A stretch of DNA of 64,000 bases from Azolla caroliniana (GCA_043228905.1 JBHGNT010000004.1:2356001-2420000), one strand, 5' to 3'. Counted from the first letter of the stretch, positions 1-14,827 are shown. Notes: generated from the sequence alone by a model not told the origin. Numbers and translations: made by a program.

Positions 1-1531
1 GTATTCGCGGCCCTCTATCTATCGTCGACTTAGTTTTGGATTTGTTAGTATGTTGGGGGAGTTATATATTCTCGGAGGAGTTACATTGCCTCGATCTGGA
101 GATCTCAATCTTGAGCCATTAAGTGAAGTTTTGGCCTTTCAGATCAATGAAGATGGACCTTCTTGGCGTGAAGTTGAAAGCATGACCGTTTGTAAGGGTT
201 CTATACGAGGTTGTGTTGTTTTAACTCTCTGATCCTTCCTTTGCCCTTAAGGACGTGTGATTATGAATGAGTGTTTTAATATACTCCAAAAGTATTAAAT
301 AATTTGTTGCAAAATTTTTCATCTAACATCGTGTTTTGGATTTCCATACAACTTTTTGCCCTAAATGGTAGATTTATGCTGAACTAAAGGCAAAAGAACT
401 TGAATGATGTTCACCTGTTATTATAAGGTGTAGCACATTCCTACCTCTGCACCTTATAATAACAAAGGAAGGGAGAAAGGCAATTCTGGCCGGCTTGGAT
501 TAGCAAATCCACCCATACGCAGCACAGGGTTGCCTAATTTTCAGGGTTGATAGGACAAAATGGAAGGTGTCAATGCCAAAAAGTATATAACTCAAAAAGT
601 TGGTGTTGATAACTGGATTGCATATACATAACACTGATAACTAATGGGTATCCCATGCTTGAAAGAGGAATGGCTAATAGATTGATTGTCTTGTATGCTA
701 TGGGCAGGGATTGGAATGCTAATATTTTTTTTTAGTATTTTGTTAGAGGTAGTTTGATTTACCGTCATAACACAAGGTTTGAAAGAAACACTTTATTATT
801 GTAGTACTTTGTTAGAGGTAGTTTGCTTTACCCCCATAACACAAGGTTCGAAACACTTGCTGATTTACATGAATACACAAGGTTCCAGACACTTGATGAT
901 GTTCCATGCACACACAAGGGTGGATTGGTGTTTCCTTGGCTTTTCTTTATATTTACCTCTTATGCGCAAGAATCACTCCAATCTGGTTTGGTCTTCAACT
1001 TTAGATAAGTAACTCTTTGAGCTCAATAGACTCACAATCTTAAACTACTCTTGGAGCTTCATAGAATTACAATCACAATCTTCATCTTTTATCCAATTTT
1101 ATGTGCCTTCTAATGAGGTTTTGTTTATATTGATTGCTGATAAATCTTTGTAGTGTCTCTAAGATTATTGTCACTATTCTTTAGTAAATAAGAAGGCCTT
1201 ATGGATCAACTTGAGTTTTTTATTTGCACAGATGTAGCAATAAACCATTCTACACTTCAACTCAATGTCTCTTTCTTTTTGCTCATTTAACAATCTAAAG
1301 CATGACTCCTTCCTTTTGTTGTCAAAAGACAAAGGGAAGCAAATAGTCAATTTAGGACTGGCAACGAATATATACATGTTTCATGTGTATGAGTGTGTTT
1401 GCCATTGTTTTTTAATGATTCTTTTTGTTGACAACATTTCTGCAATATCTTAACTAAATGCCTTCAATGTAGCATTTTCTATAGCAGAACTATGATTTAT
1501 AATCATAACAAACTCTTGTATTTATATTGCA

Positions 1532-4139
1532 TTACATTACGATGATGCGTGATACCCTGATTTGCAATATATCCTTGTTTCTTATGTCTTGACAGATGCA
1601 GCATTTAATGCATTGTTCTTTCTTGCTAAGCACTGTCGTAGAATATCATCACCAACCATGCTTCGGATTTTCTTCACAAAAACATCCCTTGACATTTTTC
1701 TATCCTATAATTGAAAGAAAAAAACATAATGAGTAAAAAAAGAAAAAAGAAAAACATTCCAAAAACTATGCAGAAGGATGATAAAAGAGAACCAACAAAG
1801 AAATAGCTCTTTAATGAAAAGTTCTTACTCGAAAATCATGGTATTCTTGCTCCAATGCAAGCATATGTTTTGGACTGAGTTTAGGTCTCATCATGGAGAA
1901 TAACTCAGGGAAGGAGATCCATGGAGAGCATGGACACTTGCATGGACTCGCTTTATCATCACACTTTGTAAGACCCTGTTATTAAAAAAAGGAATGAACT
2001 TCAAAGTTTAAAAAAGAGATACTGCTTTGATGATTCAAATTGCTTCATTCCATTCAGTGAAATCACTCATTGATCATCAGAATTTTCCATCATTTTTTTA
2101 GTATTGATCCTTGAATTTTGGATTCATTTATGTTTTTTAGTATTGATTGTTTGAATTTTACTTCAATTTATCAGTGTCTGAAAATCATTCAATTGCATTA
2201 CCTTGATGCAACTCTTCTGAACTTTGAGTATTGATGGAGAGAGACACACTCTCAGCTTCTTCCCACCCAATGCAGCTACCATCACAGCTGTATGTATATA
2301 TTACAATTCCTCGAATAAGCCCCAACAAAATGTATTTAAAAACAATTAGATTGCGATCCTTATGAGTGTCAACTTTCATTCATTCATTCATATTCTATAT
2401 TCCATATACATTGCATATAAAAGCCAGTGGAATGAATAAATTATAATAATCAACTTTTGCTTGTTCGGTTGTATGAGGTTCATAATTATTTGCTTTTAAC
2501 TCACCACGCAATGGAGGTGATAACTTGAAAGTGACAATGAACTCAGGTAGAATACGTGTGTTCATATGTGTACTCCAAACTATGTATCTCTTTGGGTTTT
2601 CTAGTTCATCAACACCAGTGTCATATTCTTCACTGCTTGGATGAAATTGATGAGATCCAGGATTAATCTGCTCCGACTTCCCCACCACTACTTTACATAG
2701 AATCATGTGTTGTTCACCATTCTCATCGACATTTGAATACATGGCACTGCGAATTCAAAGTCACAAGAGATGCACACACAAATCAATACCTCTCACATAC
2801 ACAAACAAACACAAACCATCGAAGCTAATAGACCAAACTGAGGGTATTACACTCAAATGGCACCAGATGAATGCATAAATATAGATGAATGGTGCAAAAA
2901 CAAAGTACGATATCCAGATGAATCATATATGAACAAGTACAAAAATGATATATGCCAATGGATGCTATAATATCACAAGAAAACAAATGGTATATGCTAA
3001 AGTATATTGATACAGTGAAAGTAAGATGAATGATTATGATAACAATTAACTGAATCATTAAAAGGAATAATTGTTGTAAAACTGATCGATTCATACCTAA
3101 TACGAGGATAATCTTCAGGTGAAAGGTAGACACCAACACCATAGGAATTAGTACCATTCTTCGGCACTCTTGTTTGTCTGAATCCAAGCATAAGTATATC
3201 TTTCACTCCTTCCTTGGATGTACCATGCCAGCCCCACCTAACATTCGCATTGCCTCCTCGACTTTCCTTTGTCGCTTCTTCTTGCTCCATAAATGCTTGC
3301 AATCGAGCCTTGAACCCTAATGTGGTATTGTTGTGTGAGACCTTGTAGATGGCACTGATAGTTGTATGCTTTGCCAGCAATGAGAGTCCATGCACAAACT
3401 TCTCCTTCACGAACTCAAAATGTTTGTTGGTTTCATCCAGTTTCACAACTCGATCTTTGAGCTCATGAGAAAGGCCAATATGGATTCCTTCAGTCAAAGA
3501 ACTACTATCAGCCTCTATACTTGCAGTATAAATAGCTGGGGAAGTACTATTCTTGTGTGCTAAGAAGACACCATTCTTTAAACATTGTTGTTGAAATTCT
3601 GATTTGACGATTGTGGAGAGAGGAACTTCTTTATGTGGATTTGATGAGACCAAAAACTGATCTTGGTGTACCCCATACAATCCTTCCACGCATTTTGGTG
3701 GAGAGAAGCATTTTCCATGGTCATCAATCCATGCCACAGATCGAACATAACCTGTATGCGTATTCAATTGTAGCATATATACAAAATTCACAGTATATGA
3801 TATAGTCCCATGAATCTCATCGATGGTGAAGTTAAGACATGTTTTGTGAGCCATGAAGCAAACCGATATGGCCATTATCACATGATTGGGATAGTCTTTC
3901 CATTCTCCCTTTTCATAGAACATGAATCGGCGAGGTAATCTACTTCGACAGAAATTATTCGCTGATGAATCTGATAGTATTATTGATGATAAGCTATCTG
4001 ATGGCAATGTCTGTGTCATGATCAAACGACATTTCTGATCGGCATCTTTATTCCTTGATCGTTTACGAGGCATGGCATCTATATCTTCTTGTTTTCTTTT
4101 GCATTTTACATTCAAATCGAAAATATCAGAGTCATCCAT
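1532..4139 (-). CDS. SRO: SRO/RCD1-family protein (WWE-like, PARP-like and RST domains), multi-exon
   Basis: GT-AG exons about 4139-3097, 2746-2505, 2287-2202, 1975-1829, 1704-1532. WWE-like RFMFYEKGEWKDYP...RSVAWIDDHGKCF; PARP-like NANVRWGWHGTS, YGVGVYLSP, DENGEQHMILCKVV, YDTGVDELENPKRYIVWSTHMNTRILPEFIVTFK; RST SPWISFPELFSMM...MSRDVFVKKIRSMVGDDIL. Start codon uncertain because an acceptor at 4167-4168 allows an upstream exon. Confidence 0.9.
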
Positions 4140-6105
4140 GTATAGTTCCTCGTGATTTAGATCGGACTGCAAGAAAAACAGATGAATATGTTATTTTCAC
4201 GAATTTTGATTATGAATTTATTTTGCATGGGCTTTGAGCATATGAATTACACAATTGTGTTTATAATACCTCTTGATTTAGATTAGAAAACAAGTAGAAC
4301 AGTTAAATTTATGTTGCCGTTTCAATCATTTTAATACAAGTCTAATTTCCCATTGGTTTTGAAAATATGAATTGATTCATTGTGTCTATAAAACTGTCAG
4401 GTCAGATATGATGACATATGATTAGAAGCAGCTCTCGAATTTTAAAAGTGTTGCTCTAGTGCTGGTAGCAGAGATCAAACTGTGTTACATCTTCAAGAAT
4501 TTTCATGAGATTCACATTTTGAATTTTGATGGCAATATTAACTGTAATTATTAACGAATGTATAATGCGCTGGTTCAATAAAACTTTCTTCAACAAATGT
4601 ATGCAATCTCAAGCAGTACACACAAAATAGGGTTTCATCTGAGATAGAACAAAAGAAGAAATCAGAGCGTCCGCTTCACACAATACGAAAGGCAGGGCAT
4701 CAAAATAGAAGAAAAGACCAGTTCCAATAGAGACAGGATATATATATATATATATGCATGCTTTTATGTATGCATACATGTATGTATGCATGTATGGGTT
4801 TACGATAGTAAAATGTGAAGAACAAATACAGTTTTGGAAATAACAGAAGTGAAAAAAAAACTACATACCTGCTGCTTGATGGAGGTCAGGAATAATTGCT
4901 TCGAAAGAAAGAAGAAGGATCTGAAGGAAGAAGAAGAAGAAGAAGAAGAATGGAGATGGAGATTGGAGTGCAGATATGGAGGCAGTTTGTCCTTTTTCAA
5001 GATGAGCCTGCCTGTGGTTTAATTTAGACTGATTGTATGTCCGTCTGCCTGCCGCCTGCTGTTTCTGAGAGAAACAGAGGAAAAGCAGGAAAGCATGGAT
5101 TGTTTTTCCATTTTCTAAACATTTGGAGGCGGCCCACCTTTTTTTTTTTCTTCTTCTTCTAAACTCTCTGCGCTTTTTGCGTTTTCGGCCCACCATAAAA
5201 CATTGGTTTCTCGCTTTTTGCCTTTTGCCTTTTGCTTTTTGCTTTTTGCTTTTTGCTTTGGCCCATTTCCGCTTTTGCCTTGCGTGGAGAAGGTATTTGG
5301 ATAAGACTAAGAGGATAAGAACAAAAACACAAGATGAGCATATATTTGGAATAAATAAAATGTAGAAGACCATGGATAGGAGGAATAGGGAGGAGGTACT
5401 ACGGAGACGAAGAAGATGCGGGGAAGGCACGGTACAATACATGGGACGGATATGTCGGGTTCGCACTCGGCCAAAACCCACCCACACGAGTCCATGTCTC
5501 TAAATCGCCCTAACCATCTTTCTATATGCATCCGTTTGTGCTTGATTAAGACATGGATCAAGAGGTCAAAACCTTCGAACAAGGATCCCCCCCCCCCCCC
5601 CCCCCCCCCGTCTTCCACCCAAAGGTTCGGGCATCCTCCTTGTTCGAAGGTTTTGACTTCCTCATCCATCAAACTAATTATTGCAGACTTGGATATTCTA
5701 TTATAAAAATGATTGAATTCTGATAATGCTCTTATCACTTTGCGTGAAAATGAGGTGCCACGCCTTGGGACACCACACAATTTGACAAGATACTTCCATT
5801 GGAATTGATTTCATTGTGGGCGGGCTTTACCACCTAGGAAAGGGTATGAGAACTTGAAAATCACCTATTTGCTAGTGCAATTATTAAATAGCTTCCACAC
5901 TTGCTATTCAATATTATTAATTAATTTCATCAAATTTTTTTGGGTATATGTGCTAGGTGAAAGAGACCGAACAGATCGTTCTCGCAAAGAAAGACCAACC
6001 CTATGAATGCTATTGCATTTTAGGCTCGTAACTATATACATCCAACAAGTTTGGGTTGGTGTAGAATGAAACCTATTAAAACAAAGGAATTGTGAAATGC
6101 ATGGT

Positions 6106-7448
6106 TGTCACTGTGAGTTGGCAAGAGTCTCAACTCAACAATAAAATGAGGACCCGAGTCCCTATTTATTTATAAGAGTTCTTGACCTTCTCTATGCAAT
6201 GCCATATAAGGATCTTGGGGCGTGGAGGATGGTTTGTCTTGTTTATGGGAACTAGGTTTTGTAGAGAGAAAGAGAACCCTTTTACATGATCCTGTACAAA
6301 CTATTTGCATTTTCCATGACCATTACAATGGAGGTTTAGTTACAAAGGCTTCTAGGGGAGGGGTATGTGGTGGGTTTGTATGCACTTCTAAGCATCATAA
6401 TTTTAATACACCAAGGGTCATAAGTGTGCTAGCTTCAAGGATCATAATTGGTTCATTGTCTACTAAGAGTATGATCTCTTGGTACTTTGTCGATTGAAGT
6501 GTCATGGGCTTGATCTCTAGGATGGTTGGGAGCTCTTCTATGCCTTAGGATTTCTCATTGTGTTGGTTGTCCTTTCCTTGTGTTGATCAGAGCCCTTCGT
6601 GTAGTGTGCACTCATTCATGCATATCTAACAAATGGGTGCCTCTTCTCAATGTTGCAACTCAAAAAATCAAAGGTCTTGTAGAGGACAACGAGTTTTTTG
6701 GGTATGAAATTCTCATTTTTGGAATTCACATGTCGCTTGAAGCACTAACGCTATTTTGAGCCTATAAATGGGCTATGCCTTCCAATCCAATTAGGTGACT
6801 ACCTTGCAAAGGGTTTGTTTCATAGCCGCTCAAGTTGGCTAATAATGGCCAAGTAGAAAATTTTACGCTTGGGTGTGGAATTTGCCTAATGAGTCTAGTG
6901 GTCGACCAACATTGAATAAGCTCCATTGACAATGATCATAAGGAGGGGATAGAGGTCTGTGTGGAATTTGGTACATAATATCATGTCAGAAACAAATCGA
7001 AATTCATAGAGGAACATGATCTATCTATCCTTGCACACACATGCACGATAATACAAATCCATTTCTCCATTAGAATTTTTAGAAAGGGTTTTGTGCGCAA
7101 TATACCAATTTTTAGTTCAAGAATTGGACGTTGTTTGTATTAGGCATCTCATTGATTCAAGCTATGGCACAACAAGTGTTGTGCAACGTCTTAGGAATCT
7201 CTATGCGGCGCCAACACTCGTCACACTTGCACTTGCCCTTTCTCACCACTACTTCCACGCTTCTCTCGTCACGAATGCAAGACAAGTGAAGTACGCAAAG
7301 TGGCAGTGTCACAGAGGTCAAGACTTTTAGGAGTGCATGACACAAGTGTCAGACACAACGAACAACACGAAGTGTATAATATGGCCCTCTTTGTTAGTGG
7401 TTGATATGTGAAGTGACCCAACCAAAAACCCGAAACTCTACAGTGACA
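6106..7448 (-). mobile_element. Degenerate solo-LTR-like element
   Basis: 9-bp terminal inverted repeat TGTCACTGT...ACAGTGACA. A GGACCCGAGTCCC motif near one end resembles subterminal motifs of the solo LTRs at 44073 and 62543. No clean TSD. Confidence 0.35.
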
Positions 7449-7566
7449 AGAAGGTTGTAGTTTCTTTAGTGTGGAAACCATTGTTCCATACAAACATGAA
7501 GCATATCGACTTAATGCTTGTTTGTTCGTCACGGAGACGAGAAGTCATGTTTTGGTTCCAATGGAG

Positions 7567-7598
<32 letters not shown>

Positions 7599-7906
7599 GC
7601 ATGAAGAGCAAAGGAGTTTAAAAGTGTGAACATACATACCAAACCAAACCTTGTTTGAGTTGAGGATTTCGAATCATTCTAACAAAATGCAAAATACAAA
7701 ATTAATGGCCCTTTGATTTCCAACAGTCGCGTCCTCTTCACTTTCTTCTCTCTTCTTTCTCCTCCTCCTCCTCCTCCTCTTCTTCTTCTTCCTCTTCTTC
7801 TTCTCATTGGTTCTCAATCTTACATATTTATTTGATTTCAATTCTCTCTTTTTTTTTTCCTTTAAATCTCTTCTTGTCTTCTTTTTTTTTTGCAGGTTTT
7901 GAGATC

Positions 7907-9859
7907 ATGGGTTCTCTAATCACCCGAGCTCTGATGTGGGTTCCTTTCTTCTTTCTTTTTTAATGCATCGTGTGACAGAATCTATGTAATTTCTCGATAA
8001 AAGAACAGGAAAAATGACTGAAATACGCCTAATCTTGTTGGGTATTTATCACAACATCCCGAGTCTTCAAATATTACCAAAATACCACCTCATAATATAT
8101 TAACTTATCTGCTAGAAAAGGGGCATTTTGGGAGTTTCTGAAAAGATAGACGCATTCTGATCAATATCTAAGAACTTGTTGGGATTTGGTGATTTTCCGT
8201 CAAATCAATATAAAAAAGCAATTTAATCTTTTTTCCATCTTATATTTATGTTTTTCTTTTCATTTTTAATCATGTAAACATAGTATGATTGTTGGATATG
8301 CCTATCCTGCATATAAATGCTTCAAATGTTTGGAGTCGAACAAGCCTGAGTTGGACCAACTACGATTCTGGTGTCAATACTGGTAAACATAAATTTTCTT
8401 GATTTAATCCTTAAATTTAAGTTCACCTTTTGGTGTCTATATTGGTAATAGTTTCCTTATTTTTTTATTTTCCCCATGAATTCTGAATAAGCCGTATATT
8501 ATTATCAGTATTGGGCCAGAAACACATCAGGGTAACGGCCAATGTGTATGTGTATACATATGCAGGTGTATATATATGCATCAATGGATATGTATATATT
8601 GAAATGTATATGTCTATGTATATGTATATGGATATTTAGATATGTTAACAATATAGCTTTTAACCCTAATCCTAAGTATTTACCTTTTTCTTAGAAAATG
8701 TCTGAATTTATATATTAGAGATTGCATTAGTACATTGTTCTATTCATACATATGACATAATTTTAAGGACAGTTGGAAGAACACACTTGTGCAGTATTAT
8801 TATGTCTATGATGCTTTTTCAGGATCATTCTTGCCATTGTTGCCGTCTTTGAACGAATCGGGGATACTTTTGTATCATGGTATGTTGCAAACAATTTCAG
8901 TTTTTACCACGATGAAATATTAGTCAATGTTTTCTTGTTTTTTCTTTAGCAACTAACCATTTATTGCTTTTCTTTGAAAAATCTAACAAATTCAGGCTAC
9001 CTTTTTACAATGAAGCTAAGCTTGCATTTATTGTATACCTATGGTATCCTCAAACATTGGTAATACTCAAAATCTATGAGTTCTTTTCGGGTATATTATT
9101 AACAAAAAATTATGATTAGGAGGTATTTCTATGTAAAAATATATATTTTCTTGTTTGAGGCAACAAATGAGATTTAAGAAAAAACAATTGTCAAAATCAG
9201 TCAATTATACATAAAATTTTGGATTTTTATCTATTTCAGGGAACAACATATATTTATTCCACATTTTTGAGGCCACTAGTGCTTGCAAATGAAGATAATA
9301 TTGATGAGCACCTAAATGCAATGTCAAACAAAGCTTCTGATTCGATAGCGTATTATTGGCAAGAGGCTCTGGAGTATGCACAATCCCGAGCACTTGAGAT
9401 TTTTCAATACGCTGCATCAACTAAGCAAGCCATGGTAAGAACATGTGAATAGGTTTTAAGACTTAGGGGCGTAGGGTTTAGATTTTGCATCTTAAGGTTG
9501 GTGCTTCAGTTTCAGCAGTCAATGTATCTTCTTGATGCCTATTACCAAAAACAATGAATTTACTTTCCCTTGGTTGTGTAGGATAAGAAATGAGAAGTAA
9601 ACCACGAACATGATATATACATATATCCCTCCTACAAGTCTATGCAAAATTGAAGGGACTTTGACGAGGAAGGACATATTGGAGAATGTTACATTGTGAT
9701 GCTTCAATATAATAAGGAACATAAGCCCCAAACCATATTGCAATCATCTTTCTAATATATAATCATCGTTAATACAAATCGCTGTGATGATGGTTGTCGA
9801 CTAATTCTACACCTTTTTTCTTTGTACATTCCAACCAGTCAAGACCTACATATGAATGA
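7907..9859 (+). CDS. HVA22: HVA22-like protein (TB2/DP1/REEP family)
   Basis: Exons 7907-7935, 8284-8382, 8823-8879, 8996-9059, 9240-9434 and probable last exon 9839-9859. Spliced product MGSLITRALIMIVGYAYPAYKCFK...QLRFWCQYWIILAIVAVFERIGDTFVSWLPFYNEAKLAFIVYLWYPQTLGTTYIYSTF is a typical TB2_DP1_HVA22 signature. Confidence 0.9.
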
Positions 9860-10549
9860 AGTCAAAATAGTCCAATTCAGTTGCAATTCATTTTACTGAA
9901 AGGTGGAAGGGGTCTTCTAATAGTTGTCTTATGCTTCCTTTATTTGCACAATATGCTTTTGTTACGTCCTGGTTTATTGCTATATACAAATGGGAAAATG
10001 AAGGCTTGTAACAAATCATGCTCCCTCCATTGTAATGATTGCTCATAATATAAGCAAATTGCCTTTCTTGGCATTTAATAGTTGCAGCTAGGCAACATTC
10101 CCGAAGAACCTTTGAATCATTACATCTAGGTTTTTGAATGCGATATACAAGTATGTGAAAACAATATAACAGTATATGCCCATGTCCAGCCATTGGCATA
10201 CAGGGAGAGTTTGTAAATAAAGTTTTTCAGTTATTTGTGCATGGTATTGCATACCTTATCCAAGAATATGAAGCCACCTAAAGTTTTCCAGCCATTTCCT
10301 ATGCATGCCAATTGGACAATCCATCAACAAAACAAACATTCAATCCGCACACAATGATGTAGCACTACATAGAAAGATCATCCTCAAATTCCTAGAGCTC
10401 AAATGCAGGTTCAAAGCCTAGTTTCAAATTGATTAGTGACTGCCATTTTTTGTACGTGAATGATATTGGGGGGCAAAAAAATAATTGAACTCTGCTTTCA
10501 CTCTTGTCATATACTCTGAATATATTCATATTTGTCTCCTCACTCCAAT

Positions 10550-10790
10550 CTCAAACACTGTTTATAATTTAATTGAATTTTAATTGACAAATTTTACCCA
10601 AGGAAATGCTTATGAACATGGATCAAACACTGTTTATAATTTTATGATTCAGTTGGCAAAATAGAACTGAACTTTGATTGACAAATTTTCCCAAGGGATC
10701 TCTTAAAATCATAGTTCAGACACTGTTTCTAATTTTGCGACTCAGTTAGAATTTTATTTTAATCTTGATCAACAAATTTTACCGAAAATG
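10550..10790. repeat. Degenerate tandem repeat, 3 units of about 70-95 bp
   Basis: ACACTGTTT(A/C)TAATTT recurs near 10555, 10627 and 10719, and ACAAATTTT(A/C)CC recurs downstream. Confidence 0.55.
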
Positions 10791-11211
10791 CTTTTAAGCC
10801 AATATGTAAGTTGGATATGGCATGGCACCAATGAGATGCACTCTCTTATTCGAGGTCTGAAGGAATACTTAAAACAAGTCATCTTTTGCATAATAGATTA
10901 TTTACAACAAAAGAACTAATATAAATTTTAGTAAAGAAATTCAGCTATATCTATTTTTTAAAACTCCTCATTAGTTTTTTAGCATCAGAAATCTACTGAC
11001 ATTCTAAGTCAAACAAAATTTGTATATTAGAAGTTCTGTTTGTACTCGTTTTCAACCCATTAAGAAAGTTCTACACTTGTTACGCACTTAGCTAATTAAC
11101 ATTTTATGCATTCTCTTAATAACCTCAGCAGATCCCTGATCAAATACTGATTTAATGGGGCATCCAAAAATCTAGTTACGATACAGAAATTTGGCTACAA
11201 AAGTAAACTTT

Positions 11212-14200
11212 TCAATCCTGCTTATATCTTCTGTTTCTTCCGTATAGAACTACAAGGATGAGAGACAAAATCTCCCCTATTATAAAACCAACTGCCATCC
11301 CATATGAGACACAAATTGGCCATTCCTGTATATTAATAAATACAAACATTACGGGTGCGAATAATGAATTAATTTACACAAATTTCTATGACATTGTAGA
11401 TATATTTGTTTTCAGCATATTATAATGATGCATGATTTATACCTACATTTCTATAACATCATAGGTGACATTTTTATAGCATCATAGGCGGATACATTTC
11501 ATTTATACCTGCCAAGGTCTCTCCCAATCCAATGGCATTGGCCATGCACCAAACCAGGCTCCAATGACTGCTCCATGGGCTGGTATACAAATTGAATACT
11601 CCAGCAATCCATTCGGTCTAATCACATTCAAATTCAAAAAATCAAGACATCATGTTAGAAAACAACAGTTGTATCACTTCCACTAATGGTATGTGTCATT
11701 TTCCACTAATGAATACTGCCAAGACAAATTTTATGGCAAAAATGTTCGTTTCATGTTAATGTACTGACCTCCTTAACTCAAAACATGATTATTTTGACTT
11801 ACTGAACACCATTAAATTTATATTTTACACGTAGATTTGGCCCATAATGCCTTTCTTGTAACATTATATTATTCTGAATAAAGAATGATGACATTTATAT
11901 ACATGGGTATTCAACATTGCATTCAAATTGGAGTGATAGCCTCAAATGCACACCAGACTTGCACAGGTAGGTGTACAGCTTCATATGGATATCATGAATC
12001 AAATGCCCAAAAATGTATGTATTTACCTATAATCTTTCAACAAGTAAATAGCTGAAATTTTTGATTGGGCATTGTATATGTGGATAGAAATGTCATGTCT
12101 GCTAATGACATTTTTCACTATCCAATGATAAGTATGAGTACACTTAACAGAGATTGTTAGAAACTAGAATGAGGACCTTTCATGATAAGGAAACACCACA
12201 AAGAAAAGGACAGAAATGAACTCATTATAATTTGTGATAGCACATAAATGTTATACCTCGTAAAAGCAAATAACCGTTGCCAGTCAAACCATGATTGTCC
12301 CAAAACAATACCAGCTGGTAGAGCCTGCAGTAAACAACCAAATTGTGACAGTCCTCACTGAAATTTCACACTGTTCTACAATGAGAATTGTTACTACAGA
12401 AAGTTAATCCAACATATATTTGAATTTAGAGAAACATATAAAGCAAATACTAACTACAAGAGAAGATGCAAGCAGAGCCCAATATGCTGTCTTTCCACTT
12501 TGCCTGGAGAAGGGAAGAAAGTGAAGAGAATCAGTTTGAGCAAATTGTCACCTATTTAACACAACAAGATTAAAAGCACATTGATATTCCAAACTGATGC
12601 TCTCAGTAAACAGATGATAAATGAAGGCTGAAGAAAAAGCATGGGAGAAATGAATACTAACGCAATATCTAGAGGTGCTCCAAAAATAATTGCAGTTACA
12701 ATTGCTACAATAGCTCCTGAAAAAGCATGCTAAATTTTAGATCCTACCCTTTTCATGCTAATTTTGTGATTGTGCATTCATTTGAATGCTACTACAATCT
12801 TCTTAAAATGGAGCTTATGAACGATCCATCAGATACTTATACTGCGATAGGAAAGAGAAAGTTACCGGTTGGAAGAGTGATGATACTTCTCCAAGTAGCT
12901 TGAAATACCTGTAAAAAAGTGAAATATTTCGCCAAAAGAAAAAGATACAGAAATGCATAGGTAGATTGGTAGATATTGTGTGTTTATATGCACATGAGCA
13001 TGCGGTTGTGCTTATTTTGATATAAGAGATTAATTCACTGCACCTCACCGTGGGGCATCTCTTCAGCTTCACAGAAACCACAGTATAAAGGATAAAGGAA
13101 CTCAAGAATTGAAAGATCTGCAACAAAACCACTGGGAAAACATTCAAAAGTTCCTTGAATATTACTGGATATTAAACTTTAGTTACTCAAAACGAAAAAA
13201 CAAGGAATTAAGCAAAGAATAAAAGATCCATCAGTTTTACGACAAGAAAGGTACCAAGAATATGAACCTAAGTTATACAAGATTGATCGATGATATGGAG
13301 ACGTGGAATTCATGGGGGAGAGATGGTTGCAACAGCCTCTAAAATCATATGAAATTCCACGTCTCAAACCATAGGACCCCATCTATAATTAAAATGTTAT
13401 GTCAACTTTTCATTCATTGCACAATGCGTTCAAAGTATAGGCAAAAAAAGGGTGAAGCTAATAGATATGGATATATCTCCATGTTGTCCTCTTGTAACCT
13501 ACATCTAGGATCTCAGACAAGATTCTGATGTGGTCTTAATTTCAGATGCTTTTTTATAATGACTACAATTCTAGTATCTAAAATTTTGCTAGTTCTTGTT
13601 TTGATTTTGATATTACTTACAGTATTGTTCTCACATACCTGATACGCATGAAAGGAAAAGCTAGAGATCTAGACAAACAAAGTTGACGGCTTGTAAATGA
13701 TATGTCAAAACTCGTAAGTTTTCCTTTATTTTCCCAAATGGCCCCAGGCCCTAAGTTTCCAATGTTTCTTCAAATGTAATAGGTCAATGACCTCTAGAGA
13801 AATTATATGAGCCTTTTGAGCAATTATATGGTCATTTCAACCCCTTTATCTCTTTATCGCGGCCATTTAAAGGAATAATGAAAACTTCGGGGCATTTGGA
13901 GTGCAACGGAAACCCCATGGGTATTTTTGGCATTTGATGATAAAGCTTTCCAAGGTTACTTTATCTTTTAATTTCAGTTATCTATCTTCATCTATGTGTC
14001 ATTTCTCTTTCTTGCTTCTATTGATACCTCTCATATGTCCTACACAAGCCGTACTAAACCAAACCCGTTACCAAACTTGATGATTTATGTGTGGAATAAT
14101 ATGATCAGAGTTAAATTGGCATATGCATAACATACAGAAGATTTAATTGAATGCAAATTCAGATTAGCTTTTGACACAGGAAAAGTAAACTGTACTTACT

Positions 14201-14424
14201 GCTGAGATTTGGAGGGTATGGAAAGGATTATCAATCAAATTGAATCCAAAGCAGAATGGTATAACCCAAAGCCCACTTAATAAAGCCAAAGACGGAACGA
14301 GATGTAATGAAAGAGATTCAATTGAAGAGTATGAGAAATTCTCTGTAGACTTAAAACTTTCTTCCGTCTTTTCTTCATTGGTTTCCCTTGTCACATTTGG
14401 TGAGTCTTCTTCAACGATATCCAT
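11212..14424 (-). CDS. PIGF: GPI anchor biosynthesis protein PIG-F / GPI11, multi-exon
   Basis: Spliced minus-strand exons give ...GAIVAIVTAIIFGAP..., ...GQSWFDWQRLFAF..., LLEYSICIPAHGAVIGAWFGAWPMPLDWERPWQ|EWPICVSYG... The GAW-PLDW-RPWQ-WP motif is diagnostic of PIG-F. Stop TGA at 11212-11214; first coding exon 14424-14200. Confidence 0.88.
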
Positions 14425-14827
14425 CTCCTTCCCTTACCTGATAAAACATTAATGTATGTACAAACCTAAAGTCTCTGTCTGTCTGTGTCTCCCCAAGTGA
14501 TTGAAAAAAACCAATCCCGAAAATTTGCAGGAACCTTTATCTCTCTGTTCCCTGAAAAAAATCTTATTTTGTTTGAACAGAAACACATACCTTTTACTCT
14601 TATCTGAGAGACACCATAATCCTTCTCTCTTTGCCCCGAAAGAAACCTACTTGCAACAGGAAGCCCTAATTTTCAGCCGAAACCCTAGATATATAGAAAA
14701 CCATGGAAAGAGTTTACCATGCTATTCTGCTTTGGTGGGCTCCTTTCCACTCATTGAGAGAGGGAGGGAGGAGAATGCATCACTATTTTCCGAGCACGTG
14801 CAGCTGCCGCCGGCGGTCACGTGCATA

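Noticed and set aside
4800-5780. Several overlapping ORFs of 60-208 aa upstream of SRO
   Set aside because: They arise from (GAA)n, (TTTTGC)n and poly-C tracts in probable 5' UTR or promoter sequence, with no domain signal.
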